DNA of 60,940 bases, the filler included, from Armatimonadota bacterium (GTDB lineage Bacteria > Armatimonadota > Fimbriimonadia > Fimbriimonadales > Fimbriimonadaceae), in assembly GCA_031400935.1 (NCBI GenBank). It is 3 parts of 3 records of this genome, joined end to end, with 100 filler letters (N's around TTAATTAATTAA, not from the genome) between each part and the next. Parts side by side here need not be neighbours in the genome. Positions count along the whole stretch, not along the records: positions 21,562 to 47,494 come from JANNQV010000063.1; positions 47,595 to 60,940 come from JANNQV010000066.1; 1 more part is not named here. One strand, written 5' to 3'. How positions within the stretch are numbered: position 1 is the first letter of the stretch; each line of letters starts with the position of its first letter. The position numbers and the translations under genes were made by a program. Below the pieces are notes generated by a model. That model had not been told where the DNA came from, ran no database searches, and was given only the letters and a program-made list of their open reading frames with translations. Shown here one piece after another: positions 38,985 through 47,825 of this stretch.

Positions 38985-40295
38985 ATGAGCGAACCTCGCA
39001 AATCAATGCCGCAACACTTGAAGATTCTCATCGCACTTGCGCTTGGCGCATTGACTGGAGCAGTCATCCAGATTTCTGGCAATCAAAAGAACGAATCTGT
39101 AGTTTTCTTCCTCGACAATTTTGCAAAACCTGCGGGCGATATCTTCTTGAACCTCATCTTCATGATTGTTGTTCCGCTCTTGTTTTCTGCACTAGTATTA
39201 GGTGTATCTGAAATCGGCCATGCAAAAAAGGTAGGGAAAGTTGGCTTGTATTCGCTGGGTTTGACCATTCTATTGAGCGGAATTGCAGTTGGAATTGGCC
39301 TGTTAGCAGTAAATACGATCAAGCCAGGCGGCCATGTTACATTGGAAGAGAGAACAGCAATCGTTAAGGAATATGGCAATCCTGCAAAAACGGCTGAGTA
39401 CTCCGCAAAGGCGGCAGACAGCAAGACGTTTGCACAAACAGTCACCGCGGTGGCATCCAAAAACCCAGTCAAGGACGCTGCAGAAGGTGAGTACCTGCCT
39501 TTCATGTTCTTTTCTTTATTCTTTGGTTTGGCACTAACGAGCATCGCAGCAGAAAAGGCGCAACCTGTAAAGCAGTTTCTTGAAGGCATTTTTGCTACAT
39601 CACTCAAGGTCATCGAATTTGCAATGAAATTCGCGCCGATCGGTGTTTTCGGACTCATTGTTGTCGCGGCTTCAACGGTTGGTTTCGGCGCAATGAAAGC
39701 GCTTGGGGCATGGATGATTTTGGTGCTCTGCGTGCTTGCCTTCCACCAATTCGTGATTTACAGTTTGGCAATAAAACTGATTGCAAGGCGCAATCCAATT
39801 GAGTTTTTCAAACAAATCAAAGAAGTGATGGTGACCGCATTTTCGACTTCATCGAGCAATGCAACCCTGCCAACTGCACTCCGCGTTGCACAGGAGGAAG
39901 TCGGTCTACCTCGAGATGTGAGTTCTTTCGTATTGACGGTTGGTGCCACGGCAAATCAAAACGGAACTGCCCTTTTTGAAGGAATAACAATTCTGTTTCT
40001 TGCACAGTTTTTTGGAATCACGCTTGATCTGCAACAGCAGTTGACTGTCATGTTTATGGCAATTTTGGCGGGTATAGGTACTGCCGGGGTTCCCGGTGGC
40101 TCTTGGCCCATGATTGGCGCAATCATGATGAAAGTTGGAATTCCGCTTGAAGGCATGGGGCTTTGCTTTGGAGTTGACAGAATCCTTGACATGAGCCGCA
40201 CGGTGCTCAACGTATCGGGGGACATCACTATAGCAACATGCGTGAGCAAATTGATTGGTAAAGGCGAGGCGATTCCGGAGAGTGTTGACGGGTAG
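38985..40295 (+). CDS. Dicarboxylate/amino acid:cation symporter (DAACS, GltP-like)
   Basis: AFSTSSSNATLP, GATANQNGTAL, GTAGVPG, VDRILDMSRTVLNV.GD. Confidence 0.95.
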   Translation: MSEPRKSMPQHLKILIALALGALTGAVIQISGNQKNESVVFFLDNFAKPAGDIFLNLIFMIVVPLLFSALVLGVSEIGHAKKVGKVGLYSLGLTILLSGIAVGIGLLAVNTIKPGGHVTLEERTAIVKEYGNPAKTAEYSAKAADSKTFAQTVTAVASKNPVKDAAEGEYLPFMFFSLFFGLALTSIAAEKAQPVKQFLEGIFATSLKVIEFAMKFAPIGVFGLIVVAASTVGFGAMKALGAWMILVLCVLAFHQFVIYSLAIKLIARRNPIEFFKQIKEVMVTAFSTSSSNATLPTALRVAQEEVGLPRDVSSFVLTVGATANQNGTALFEGITILFLAQFFGITLDLQQQLTVMFMAILAGIGTAGVPGGSWPMIGAIMMKVGIPLEGMGLCFGVDRILDMSRTVLNVSGDITIATCVSKLIGKGEAIPESVDG

Positions 40296-40296
40296 G

Positions 40297-40443
40297 TTTT
40301 GCGAGTGCGCGGGCTTGACCGCGCTTTTGAATAGGAAATTGGATAAAGGAAAAGGGATAGAGGAAAAGGTCGGAACCAGTTTTGTCCTTTGTCCCTTTTC
40401 CTTGATTGAAAGAAAAGCGCGGTCAAGCCCGCGCACTCCCAAA
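40297..40443. repeat. REP doublet of the GGAGTGCGCGGGCTTG family enclosing inverted heptamer arrays
   Basis: gagtgcgcgggcttgaccgcgctttt ... aaaagcgcggtcaagcccgcgcactc; inside, ggataaa/ggaaaag/ggataga/ggaaaag versus tttgtcc/tttgtcc/cttttcc. Confidence 0.85.
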
Positions 40444-40475
40444 TGACCTTCAAAGGGGTATAACCAACTCGTCAA

Positions 40476-41366
40476 ATGGCAGTTTTCCTAGGTCTCGATT
40501 GCGGTGGCTCGTCGTGCCGGGCCGTAGCGGTCAACTCTTCCGGAGCCATTCTTCACCAGGGACAAGCCGGCCCTTCGAACTTAGCAAATACACCGCCAGG
40601 GCGGTTGCAGAATCACTTGTACAGGGCAACTGAAAACGCACCGTCGCCGGACTTTGTATGTGGATGTTTTGCCGGCCTCTTGACCGCAGATGACCGATAT
40701 CGTGCAAATGATATTCTTTCACGGACATTTCCCTCAGCAAAGGTTCGTTCTGAACCAGACTACTTTGCCGCATTGATGGCATCCGAGGGGGCCGACGTTT
40801 GCGTCGTCGCAGGCACTGGTTCAGTTGTATGTTCTCTAGTCAATGGCAAGTTGAACAAATCTGGCGGTAGAGGCTACCTTTTGGGAGATGCGGGTTCGGC
40901 ATTTCAATATGGCAAGGCTTCGATTGAGCACTTTTTAGAGAATGGAAAGAACGGGATTTCAGACGCACTGGCTCGTGTGATCGAAAAAAGATTTGGGTCC
41001 CTTGAGGAAAACGAAGTTCTCGCCAAACTGTATAGAGGGGGCCTGCCTGCGGCGCAACTGGCAAAACTTTCTGCACCTTTTGCGAAGGACGCCAAATCCG
41101 GATTGCCCTATGCAACGTCGGCATTGGAACTGCAAACAGAAGCTTTAGCGAGAGTCGTGAGATCGCATATTGACCGATTTCACACGATTAGTCCGGAAAT
41201 GATGGTTTGCCTTGCTGGAGGACTTTGGGACATATCTTCAATTTTCAGGAACGCTTTTGAGTCGAAATTGCGTCATTCCCTATCGGACCGTGCGATTTCG
41301 GTCGTACGAATCACGAAACCGCCAGTCTACGGAGCTGTCGAGCTTGCAAAGGAGCTAGCTAATTGA
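40476..41366 (+). CDS. BadF/BadG/BcrA/BcrD ATPase family amino-sugar kinase (MurK/NagK-like)
   Basis: LGLDCGGSS, VAGTGS, GGRGYLLGDAGS; directly upstream of murQ. Confidence 0.85.
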   Translation: MAVFLGLDCGGSSCRAVAVNSSGAILHQGQAGPSNLANTPPGRLQNHLYRATENAPSPDFVCGCFAGLLTADDRYRANDILSRTFPSAKVRSEPDYFAALMASEGADVCVVAGTGSVVCSLVNGKLNKSGGRGYLLGDAGSAFQYGKASIEHFLENGKNGISDALARVIEKRFGSLEENEVLAKLYRGGLPAAQLAKLSAPFAKDAKSGLPYATSALELQTEALARVVRSHIDRFHTISPEMMVCLAGGLWDISSIFRNAFESKLRHSLSDRAISVVRITKPPVYGAVELAKELAN

Positions 41367-42184
41367 GCACTGAATCGAGAAACCCTAGATCATTTGGACT
41401 TGAAAAAATGTCGGCACAAGAAATTGTGCGCCTCATGAACGAAGAAGAATTCGTCGTCATGCGAGCCATGCAAAGCGCAGAAGAAGGAATCTCAAAGGCC
41501 ATCGAACAAGCGGCCAAATCGTTCCAAAGTGGAGGCAGGATTATCTATGTTGGTTCAGGCACAAGCGGGCGAGTAGCGATAATGGATGCAGCCGAAATGA
41601 CGCCGACATTTGGGCTCGATCCAAATCCATTCATAGCGATTATTTCTGGTGGGAATTCTGCCGAAGGCGTGGCAAAAGAAGACGCCGAAGACGATGAGCA
41701 CGAGGCAGTTGAAGGGCTAAATAAGCTCGGGCTCGGCCAAAATGACCTGGTAATCGGCATTACGGCAAGCGGCAAAACCCCATTTGCGGTTGCGGCTGTA
41801 CGCCATGCAAGGCGTAAAGGAGTCTTTACAATCGGAATTGCGAACAATCCAAACGCCCCGCTCCTTAAAGAATCCGATCTTGGCATTTTGCTAGACACCG
41901 GCCCTGAAGTTTTGACAGGCTCGACAAGGCTCAAAGCTGGCACCGCTCAAAAACTAGTTTTGAACCGAATTTCAACCGGTGCGATGGTCCTTTCAGGCAA
42001 AGTTATTCAAAACTTGATGGTGGACGTCAAAGCCAAAAATCAAAAACTAAAAGACAGATGCTTGAGAATCGTTCGAGATTTGAGTTCTGCAACAACCGAT
42101 GAAGCTCGTGAAGCTTTGGAGGCTAGTGATTGGAATGTTCGAAGTGCAATTGAACATCTAAATGGTGTTGTCATTCCTAGATAA
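41363..42184 (+). CDS. murQ: N-acetylmuramic acid 6-phosphate etherase
   Basis: TESRNP, YVGSGTSGR, GITASGKTP, TGPEVLTGSTRLKAGTAQK, NLMVDV. Confidence 0.95.
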   Translation: MSTESRNPRSFGLEKMSAQEIVRLMNEEEFVVMRAMQSAEEGISKAIEQAAKSFQSGGRIIYVGSGTSGRVAIMDAAEMTPTFGLDPNPFIAIISGGNSAEGVAKEDAEDDEHEAVEGLNKLGLGQNDLVIGITASGKTPFAVAAVRHARRKGVFTIGIANNPNAPLLKESDLGILLDTGPEVLTGSTRLKAGTAQKLVLNRISTGAMVLSGKVIQNLMVDVKAKNQKLKDRCLRIVRDLSSATTDEAREALEASDWNVRSAIEHLNGVVIPR

Positions 42185-42261
42185 GAGTCGTTTTATAATT
42201 TTAACGATAGATACCGTGATTGACTTTCAATCACCTTATCTGTCGAGGAGATATACGCACA

Positions 42262-42654
42262 ATGAGAGTCTCGAGATACTACTTGTTAGCGCTAGCCTTT
42301 TGCACTATTTCGTGCCAAACCAAAACAATACCGGAGCCCAAAGCTGTTCAATTGAGTACGGTTAATGATCGCCAGCAGATATGGCGTGGAATCATGATGC
42401 GAGAAATGGACCGCATCAATAAGAGGAAGGCCTATGACGAAAGAACACTTTGGCTAGTTGAGGTCATGTTGGACACGAATGATCGGCTCATTCACGGTAA
42501 GGCGGTTGCAATTTTGCATACGATGTCGGAAGTTTCGCCGGAGAAATCTGAAGACGTTGATCTCTATATGTCAAAGATCGTAGCCCATGAACCTGACTCT
42601 GGGGTCAAGGCTGTGCTTACAAAGGAATGGGATCGAATGAAAAAGCGAAGGTGA
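42262..42654 (+). CDS. Hypothetical lipoprotein
   Basis: GAGGAG SD, then MRVSRYYLLALAFCTISC (lipobox-like). Confidence 0.55.
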   Translation: MRVSRYYLLALAFCTISCQTKTIPEPKAVQLSTVNDRQQIWRGIMMREMDRINKRKAYDERTLWLVEVMLDTNDRLIHGKAVAILHTMSEVSPEKSEDVDLYMSKIVAHEPDSGVKAVLTKEWDRMKKRR

Positions 42655-42788
42655 TTTGAATTTGATCCCAAACACATACTGCAACAAGTGACGTTGGCAG
42701 GAAGTCTCGTAATTGAAATCAGGGCTCAGAACTCGACTAGTCGTGACGACACCCATGAAAGTCGCTCAGACGGTACCATAGTTGACTC

Positions 42789-43940
42789 ATGAAGCTGCAT
42801 GAGTACCAATCCAAAGACCTGCTCTCCTCCTACGGCGTTCTAGTGCCAGAAGGCGACGTTGCCGACAATCCTGAAACCGTAAGGGAAATCGCGCATCGGC
42901 TCGGAGAAAACGTAGTCGTCAAAGCACAAGTGCTCATGGGCGGAAGAGGCAAGGCGGGCGGGGTCAAGCTCTTCACTTCAGCAGACGAGGCTGCCCAATT
43001 CGCAAGCGAATTGATCGGGACGAAGCTGATCAGCTATCAAAATCCGCAAGGAATGATCGTCGAGAAAGTTCTCGTTGTACGAACCCTTGAAATTGCACAA
43101 GAGTTCTATTTATCGGTGCTGCTAGATCGCGATGAGCAAAAGTTGGTCGTCATGATCAGCGCACAAGGCGGCATGGACATTGAAGAAGTCGCCAAAACAA
43201 ATCCGAATGCAATTGTGAAACTTCACGTGGATCCAGCATGGGGGCTGTGCGATTTTGAAATTCGAGCGGCGATGAACCAGGCAAAGATTCCAACTCAGGC
43301 CCATAGCCAAATGGCAACAATGATCAAAGGGCTGGTCAAGGCGTATTTGGCTTCTGATGCTGACCTGATAGAGGTAAATCCTTGCGCCCTGACTCCCGAT
43401 GGCAAACTCATTGCGGCTGATGCCAAAGTCTCCATTGACGACAACGCGCTGTTTCGGCACAAAGAGTATCAAGCGACGGCGGACGACGCTGCCGAAGACC
43501 CAATCGAAGCGGAAGCTACACGCAGAGGGATTGCTTATGTTCGGCTCGATGGCGACATAGGAATCATGGGAAATGGCGCTGGTTTGGTCATGTGCTCACT
43601 CGATGAGGTTAGTGCGGCAGGAGGAAGTCCTGCAAACTTCCTTGACGTCGGAGGTGGTGCTCAGGCGGAGAGAGTGAAAAGCTGCGTCGAGCTGATTCTC
43701 ATGAACCCAAAAATCAAGGGTCTGTTGATTAACATTTTCGGCGGAATCACTCGATGCGATGAAGTAGCCAAGGGATTGCTCTCGGCATTCGAAGAAATGA
43801 ACGTTTCCGTGCCTGTCGTCGCCCGCGTTGAAGGCACTGCTGCCGAAGAAGCAAGGGCACTTTTAGAAGGCTCTCGAATCGTCCCAGCAACCACAATGCA
43901 AGATGCTGCACAAAAAATCGTTCAGCTTGCCGGAGTGTAG
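42789..43940 (+). CDS. sucC: Succinyl-CoA synthetase beta subunit
   Basis: MKLHEYQSK, KAQVLMGGRGKAGGVK, GNGAGLVM, PANFLDVGGGA, NIFGGITRCD. Confidence 0.97.
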   Translation: MKLHEYQSKDLLSSYGVLVPEGDVADNPETVREIAHRLGENVVVKAQVLMGGRGKAGGVKLFTSADEAAQFASELIGTKLISYQNPQGMIVEKVLVVRTLEIAQEFYLSVLLDRDEQKLVVMISAQGGMDIEEVAKTNPNAIVKLHVDPAWGLCDFEIRAAMNQAKIPTQAHSQMATMIKGLVKAYLASDADLIEVNPCALTPDGKLIAADAKVSIDDNALFRHKEYQATADDAAEDPIEAEATRRGIAYVRLDGDIGIMGNGAGLVMCSLDEVSAAGGSPANFLDVGGGAQAERVKSCVELILMNPKIKGLLINIFGGITRCDEVAKGLLSAFEEMNVSVPVVARVEGTAAEEARALLEGSRIVPATTMQDAAQKIVQLAGV

Positions 43941-43949
43941 GTGTTCCAA

Positions 43950-46133
43950 CTAGTTTTTAAGTGGCTTGCCATTTTCGAGCATGTGCCGAATTCGGGCAAG
44001 TGTCAATCCCGTTTTGCAAAGTGTCAGGAAGGCAACTCGTTCTTCTAGCAAGGCAGATTCGAACGAATTTGACTTGGTGAACACATGCTTGACGTTGTCT
44101 GCGATCAATTCGTCGTGACTAGTGAAACCTCCCTTCAATCTAAGTTCTTCTTGGGCGGTATCAATCATTCCCGCAATTGGACCAATTGGCTGGAGCCAAA
44201 TTGGTGGGTTGCTAGGTGTCGCAAAGAGCGCCAACGACTTAGCGGTTTGTATGAGTCGGTCTGGATGAAAGCAAGTCACATCGGTTTCGCGAAGTATTCC
44301 AGCCCGCTTCGAGTCTTCGGCATTCGCGGACACAAAACCGGTTGATATAGCCATGCATACATCTACAATCTTCTTGGCGCCTGCTGCCTGGGTTCGTTGA
44401 GCAAGCAACGCAGTCCCAGCCCCGCCCGGAATAAGGCCAACTTTCGCTTCGGGCAGTCCGATGTTTGATTCTGGGTGGCTGCAAACTTGTGTGCAGCCCA
44501 TTGCCAATTCCATACCGGCGCCTAGGCAATACCCATAAACAGCAGCGACGCTCTTAACAGAACCAAGCCGAATCGTCAAGTTCTGCAAAGCCAATAAAGC
44601 ATCGTCAATCGCCTGCCAATTTGATTCGGAAATTGCTTGTTCAAAAAACGCTAGATCAAAACCGACCGAGTAGTTCTTCGCTTCGCTTGTCAAAACGATG
44701 CATTCATTGCCAGGCTTGTCAAGAAATGCTGAAACTCCACCAACTACTTCTGGAGTGATCGTCCCCATTTTTGTCGTTAGCGAAATGGCCTTGACGCCGT
44801 CGCCTAGGTCGCGAACATTGAAGCCATCGTTGGATTCTATGACCGGAAAATCTTGTATCGTTGCGTATTGAGGTTGGGGGGCCAATTGTACAAATGTGCC
44901 TTCAAAATTCCTTTGATCCGTGGCTGAATAGTACGGTTGATCTGAAAGCCCAAGCACTCCCGGGCCGATGGCATCAATCAATTCAAATGGCCCCATTTCC
45001 CAAGCAAATCCCCATTTCATGACTCGATCAAAGTCCTGAATTGAGTGGGCAATCTCCTCTTTTAGAAAATCTGCATATTTGAGTGTTGAAATCAAATGAT
45101 TCCTGAGAAACTCGCCAGCTTCATCCTTAGACTCCAAGGCGCAACGAATTCTCTCACCGAGCGGCTTTCTGGCATGTTCTTTGAGGCTCGGAATCGTAAT
45201 GTCGTACGGCTGACGATAAACAAGCGTTCCCAAATCAAGAACGAGGAATTCCTTTCCTTCTCTACGATAGTAGCCTGCGCTTGATTTTGAACCGATGTGC
45301 CCGCGTTCCATAAGTGTCGCCATGGATCGCGGAGTGTTAAGCGTATCCATGTGAGGGTCGTCCGAACAGCGGGTCTGCAAATTCGTTGCGATGTCTTGCA
45401 TGATGTCGAGCCCGACGATATCGTTCAGTCGAAACGCCCCACTCCTTGGACGGCCCAAAAATGGCCCGCAAATGGCGTCAACGGCCTCAATGCTCAAACC
45501 GAGCTTTTCTGCGACATGGACCGCATGAAACATGGACCACATACCAAACCGATTGGCAATGAATCCCGGAGTGTCTTTGGCAATGACAACTCGTCGAGCA
45601 CATCTTTCCTCCAAAAACGAAGCAAATGCTTCAACGGCTTTGAGATCGGTTACATTTGTGGGAATCAGCTCCAGCAATTTAAGGTAGCGAGGCGGGTTGA
45701 AAAAGTGAGTGCCAAGGAATCTCCTTTGAAACGATTCGGAGCGTCCTTCAGAAAGTAGCGAAATCTGCAAGCCGCTCGTATTGGTGGAAATCATTGCCGA
45801 TTCCGAAAGAAGCGGTTCGATTTTTGAAAAGAGCTCCCGTTTCAAATCCAGTTTTTCGACAATGGCTTCGCATACCCAATCTGCCTCGCTTACCCAATCG
45901 AGATTTTCAGAAATACTTCCTAGGCGAATCTTGTTTGCAGTTTCTGGAACATAGAAGTGAGAAGGCTTGACTGCTTTTGCTCGGTCAAACGCAGTTTGAA
46001 CCGATTCTTTGGTCAAATCGAGAAGCGTTACGTCAAAACCGATGTTCGCAAGGTGAGCGGCGATCCCGGCACCCATCGTCCCCGCACCGATAACGCACAC
46101 TTTGTTTGCAGACTTCCAATTTTCGTAACTCAA
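43950..46133 (-). CDS. 3-hydroxyacyl-CoA dehydrogenase / enoyl-CoA hydratase fusion (FadN-like)
   Basis: VIGAGTMGAGIA, STNTSG, HFFNPPRY, KDTPGFIANR; C-terminal crotonase domain (GLPEAKVGLIP). Confidence 0.93.
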   Translation of the reverse strand: MSYENWKSANKVCVIGAGTMGAGIAAHLANIGFDVTLLDLTKESVQTAFDRAKAVKPSHFYVPETANKIRLGSISENLDWVSEADWVCEAIVEKLDLKRELFSKIEPLLSESAMISTNTSGLQISLLSEGRSESFQRRFLGTHFFNPPRYLKLLELIPTNVTDLKAVEAFASFLEERCARRVVIAKDTPGFIANRFGMWSMFHAVHVAEKLGLSIEAVDAICGPFLGRPRSGAFRLNDIVGLDIMQDIATNLQTRCSDDPHMDTLNTPRSMATLMERGHIGSKSSAGYYRREGKEFLVLDLGTLVYRQPYDITIPSLKEHARKPLGERIRCALESKDEAGEFLRNHLISTLKYADFLKEEIAHSIQDFDRVMKWGFAWEMGPFELIDAIGPGVLGLSDQPYYSATDQRNFEGTFVQLAPQPQYATIQDFPVIESNDGFNVRDLGDGVKAISLTTKMGTITPEVVGGVSAFLDKPGNECIVLTSEAKNYSVGFDLAFFEQAISESNWQAIDDALLALQNLTIRLGSVKSVAAVYGYCLGAGMELAMGCTQVCSHPESNIGLPEAKVGLIPGGAGTALLAQRTQAAGAKKIVDVCMAISTGFVSANAEDSKRAGILRETDVTCFHPDRLIQTAKSLALFATPSNPPIWLQPIGPIAGMIDTAQEELRLKGGFTSHDELIADNVKHVFTKSNSFESALLEERVAFLTLCKTGLTLARIRHMLENGKPLKN

Positions 46134-46188
46134 TATGGCCTTCTCCGTTGAGGAAAGAGGATACCTTTGGGGAAGGTTGTTGGGAACA

Positions 46189-46258
46189 GGGTACGGGTGT
46201 AGGGTCTGGGGTCTAGGGTGCGGGGTATGGGGTCATTAGGCCAGTTACCCAATGACCC
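46189..46258. repeat. Heptamer tandem array (GGTNNRG) followed by a small hairpin
   Basis: ggtgtag ggtctgg ggtctag ggtgcgg ggtatgg ggtcatt, then gggtcatt...aatgaccc. Confidence 0.6.
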
Positions 46259-46389
46259 AAACAACCTCCCCCATACCGAATTCTGGAAAAATGCCTATTA
46301 TCAAACTGTAAGGCGAAAAATGTCCGTCTAACCAACGTGAGCTATAATCACACTTGTATGAAGAAAGAAACGCAATTTGAGGTGAAACG

Positions 46390-47034
46390 ATAAGAGGCTA
46401 TCGAAGAGAGATGCCCAGGGACACTGGTCCGCTGGCAAACGAACGTATTTTAAGAATTCGCGATATTCGAGTAATAGATGCCGATGGCAGCCAGCTTGGC
46501 ATCATGCAAAGCCGCCAGGCACTCGACAGAGCAAAGGAACAAGGGCTTGACCTAGTTTTGGTTGCCCCAGCAGCAAACCCGCCCGTTGCGAAGATCATAG
46601 ATTTTGGCCACTTTAAGTACGAATTGCGTAAGAAGGAAAAAGAAGGGAAGCGCAAACAGCAGGAAGTAAAGGGTATAAAGATCAGTCCGAGGATTGCTGA
46701 GCACGATATTCAGTTTTTGCTGAAAAACTCTCGCCGATTCTTGGAAGAAGGCCACAAGGTCAAAATTACCTGTCAATTTCGGGCTAGGGAAGTAACCCAT
46801 CCAGAAATTGGCCGAGCCAAGCTCGTTCGGATGGCAGAACATCTTTCCGATCTTGGCGTGATAGATCGTCCGCCAAGCCTCGATGGCAAGCTAATGATCA
46901 TGGTGATGACGCCGAAGCCTCCAAAACCAACAGGAAGTCCAAAGAAAAGTGCCGAAACTGAAAACAAACAAGACAGCAGCGAAGCGGTTCAAGATAACGG
47001 GAACGGGAAAGATAACCCGACGCCGGACGCATAA
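46390..47034 (+). CDS. infC: Translation initiation factor IF-3, probable non-canonical ATA start
   Basis: NERI...IRVIDADG.QLG, VAKIIDFG, FRAREVTHPE; SD GAGGTG (46379-46384) 5 nt before in-frame ATA 46390; the track's ATG is at 46411. Confidence 0.93.
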   Translation: MRGYRREMPRDTGPLANERILRIRDIRVIDADGSQLGIMQSRQALDRAKEQGLDLVLVAPAANPPVAKIIDFGHFKYELRKKEKEGKRKQQEVKGIKISPRIAEHDIQFLLKNSRRFLEEGHKVKITCQFRAREVTHPEIGRAKLVRMAEHLSDLGVIDRPPSLDGKLMIMVMTPKPPKPTGSPKKSAETENKQDSSEAVQDNGNGKDNPTPDA

Positions 47035-47143
47035 CAACCACCAGTTTTTGCATAAATCTGGCGGCCAAAAGCGAAGGCTTGAAGAAGAGCCGGTACTGTT
47101 CAAAGGCGAAAAGAAGCGTATTCGTCGCCTTCTCGTCATGTAA
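46949..47143 (+). CDS. rpmI: 50S ribosomal protein L35
   Basis: MPKLKTNKTAAKRFKITGTGK. Confidence 0.97.
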   Translation: MPKLKTNKTAAKRFKITGTGKITRRRTHNNHQFLHKSGGQKRRLEEEPVLFKGEKKRIRRLLVM

Positions 47144-47216
47144 TCTCCACGAAAGTGGAACGACCTTACCGCTACCGCCAAAATAGGCAGGGACCCGGTA
47201 TCAAAAGAGGAAAATA

Positions 47217-47494
47217 ATGGCAAGAGTAAAACGTGGCATGATGCGCCACAAACGTCACAAGAAAATGATTGACCGCGCCTCAGGCTACTGGGGACGCAAG
47301 AAAAACGTATTCAAACGCGCTCAAGAACAGGTCATGAAGTCGGGGCAATATGCCTTCCGAGACCGAAGACAGAAAAAGCGCGATTTCCGACAGCTTTGGA
47401 TTGCCCGAATCAATGCCGGATGCCGCCAATGCGGCGTGAAATACAGCCTTCTCATTGATGGAATGAACAAGAAGGGAATTCAGGTCAACCGAAA
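47217..47494 (+). CDS. rplT: 50S ribosomal protein L20 (3'-truncated by the contig end)
   Basis: MARVKRG...YAFRDRRQKKRDFRQLWIARINA. Confidence 0.97.
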
Positions 47495-47594
47495 NNNNNN
47501 NNNNNNNNNNNNNNNNNNNNNNNNNNNNNNNNNNNNNNTTAATTAATTAANNNNNNNNNNNNNNNNNNNNNNNNNNNNNNNNNNNNNNNNNNNN
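47495..47594. other. Artificial contig linker (N44-TTAATTAATTAA-N44)
   Basis: Same 100-nt spacer as 21462-21561. Confidence 0.97.
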
Positions 47595-47738
47595 ACGCAA
47601 CATATGGCGGGAATCAAAGACAGTAAATGTATCGTAGCGATAAACAAAGACCCAGATGCACCGATTTTTGAATTTGCCGATTTTGGGATTGTTGCCGACT
47701 TGTATGATGCTATTCCTGAACTAATGAATCTACTATAA
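47595..47738 (+). CDS. etfA: Electron transfer flavoprotein alpha subunit, C-terminal fragment
   Basis: Manual translation [37 protein letters not shown]. Confidence 0.9.
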   Translation, partial: TQHMAGIKDSKCIVAINKDPDAPIFEFADFGIVADLYDAIPELMNLL

Positions 47739-47825
47739 ACCCCAACGTCTCAAAATTGCGAAGAAAGGGACGCAAATCGAAATCAAATACGTTTAAAGAT
47801 ACTAGAATCGCAAAAGAAGAATTTT

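Noticed and set aside
42652..42792. Frame stays open for about 45 codons after the lipoprotein TGA, a possible further Sec read-through
   Set aside because: No GGGC/CGUG hairpin, no redox-like context, and the extension runs over the sucC promoter; probably chance.
34644..43940. Missing partners (sucD, carboxyltransferase/biotin carrier, response regulator) as a sign of novel pathways
   Set aside because: Split operons are common and the partners may lie elsewhere in this fragmented assembly.
47144..47216. Hairpins between rpmI and rplT (TCCAC-GAAA-GTGGA) as an L20 regulatory RNA
   Set aside because: Stems are short, and I cannot match them to a known leader without a covariance search.
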